From Camelus dromedarius (lineage: Eukaryota), in assembly GCF_036321535.1 (NCBI RefSeq), contig NC_087437.1:12960001-13024000 (forward strand): DNA of 64,000 bases, given 5' to 3'. Numbering within the stretch: position 1 is the first letter of the stretch; each line of letters starts with the position of its first letter. The position numbers and the translations under genes are program-made. Shown here one piece after another: positions 63,100 through 64,000 of this stretch. Below the pieces are notes generated by a model. The model was not told the origin of the DNA. It searched no databases and was given only the letters and a program-made list of their open reading frames with translations.

Positions 63100-63545
63100 T
63101 GTTAGTGATACTTAGGTTCAAGTTATAGGAACCACCAAATGACTGGCTTAAGAACAGAAGAGTTTATTTCTCCCACCCATTTACAAAAGGCACAGAGAGT
63201 CCACCCCAGGGCTGCTCTAGTGTTCCCTGGTGTCAGTCAGGCGTGCAGCCTCCTTCCAGCTTGTTGCCCCACAGTGCGTCACAGTCCTTCTCAAAATCGA
63301 CCATGACCCAAGATGGCTCAGATGCCAGCCATTCTGCCTGAATTCACAGTGGGCTGGAAGGAAGGGCCTTAAGAACAATTCTCACTTGGGTACCATTGGC
63401 TAGAACGTAGTCCCACTGTATACCTTACTGCATGTGAGACTGGGAACATATCTTTCAGGTGTGAGGACCACATTCTCAGCTAAAGTCTAGGAGTTCTATT
63501 ACTGGTAAAGAAGGTAAGAACAGTCATTAGGGAAAAGTAGCAATG
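63100..63545 (-). mobile_element. MLT1 (J/K-like) LTR
   Basis: tggcttaagaacagaagagtttatttctc...caagatggctc...ccattggctagaacgtagtc...gagactgggaa. Confidence 0.7.
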
Positions 63546-63692
63546 AAATATACCTGCTGAATGGTTTGGATATTTTTATACTTTCTTAAGAAGAAAGTAG
63601 TTGGAGTACGGAAAGGGGGGAGTACGAAAGGGGAGCACAACAAAGTGCTTGTTGTGAATTTCAGAAATCTCCGGCCATCCTTGACTGCCTAT

Positions 63693-64000
63693 TGTGTTAA
63701 ATATTTCTACGTGTCCTTTCAAATTCACTCTCCCTCCTTTTCCTCACTGCCCACTCTCTTGTATGGATTGTACCCATGAGCTCCTTTGCTTCTGGCTTCT
63801 AATTGGGTTAACCCAGAAGGAAGCCCTGACAGAATCAGAGGGAGGGTAGAGAGTGAGGTCAGAGACTTTTGACCCTTGGATTCCTCCCTGTGAGGTGGCC
63901 TCAGGCTGGCTGTGTTCCGTGAATAAAAATCACTGCACTTCCCAGGGCTCCCTTTTCTACAGGCTTCTTGCCTTTGCCCCTTTGCCCCTCTAGGTCTCTG
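63693..64000 (+). mobile_element. ERV-L LTR (LTR40/41-like), cut by the window edge
   Basis: ctcctttgcttctggcttctaattgggtt...gaatcagagggagggtagagagtgaggtcag...ttcctccctg. Confidence 0.65.

Overview
Mammalian non-coding DNA, most likely a camelid (alpaca, vicuna or camel). This is inferred from five copies of a tRNA-derived SINE resembling camelid Vic-1 and from artiodactyl-type L1 3' ends; I saw no Alu, BovB/Bov-tA or PRE1. I can support no intact protein-coding gene: ORFs with recognisable homology are L1 or ERV-L remnants, and the rest look like chance ORFs in repeats. Much of the window is transposon-derived: L1 of several ages, L2, MIR, MaLR/ERV-L/ERV1 solo LTRs, ERV-L pol fossils, and hAT and Tigger MITEs. 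The best non-routine observations are an ~85-nt hairpin in repeat-free sequence (41155-41239), a young L1 with a 3' transduction (46779-47233), a 3'UTR-only SUMO1 retrocopy (48858-49336), an L1 ORF1/ORF2 inversion chimera with no poly(A) (17865-18515), and several nested insertions with readable TSDs. I found no convincing novel biological system. Family names come from remembered consensus sequences, not a database search, and boundaries of old elements are approximate.
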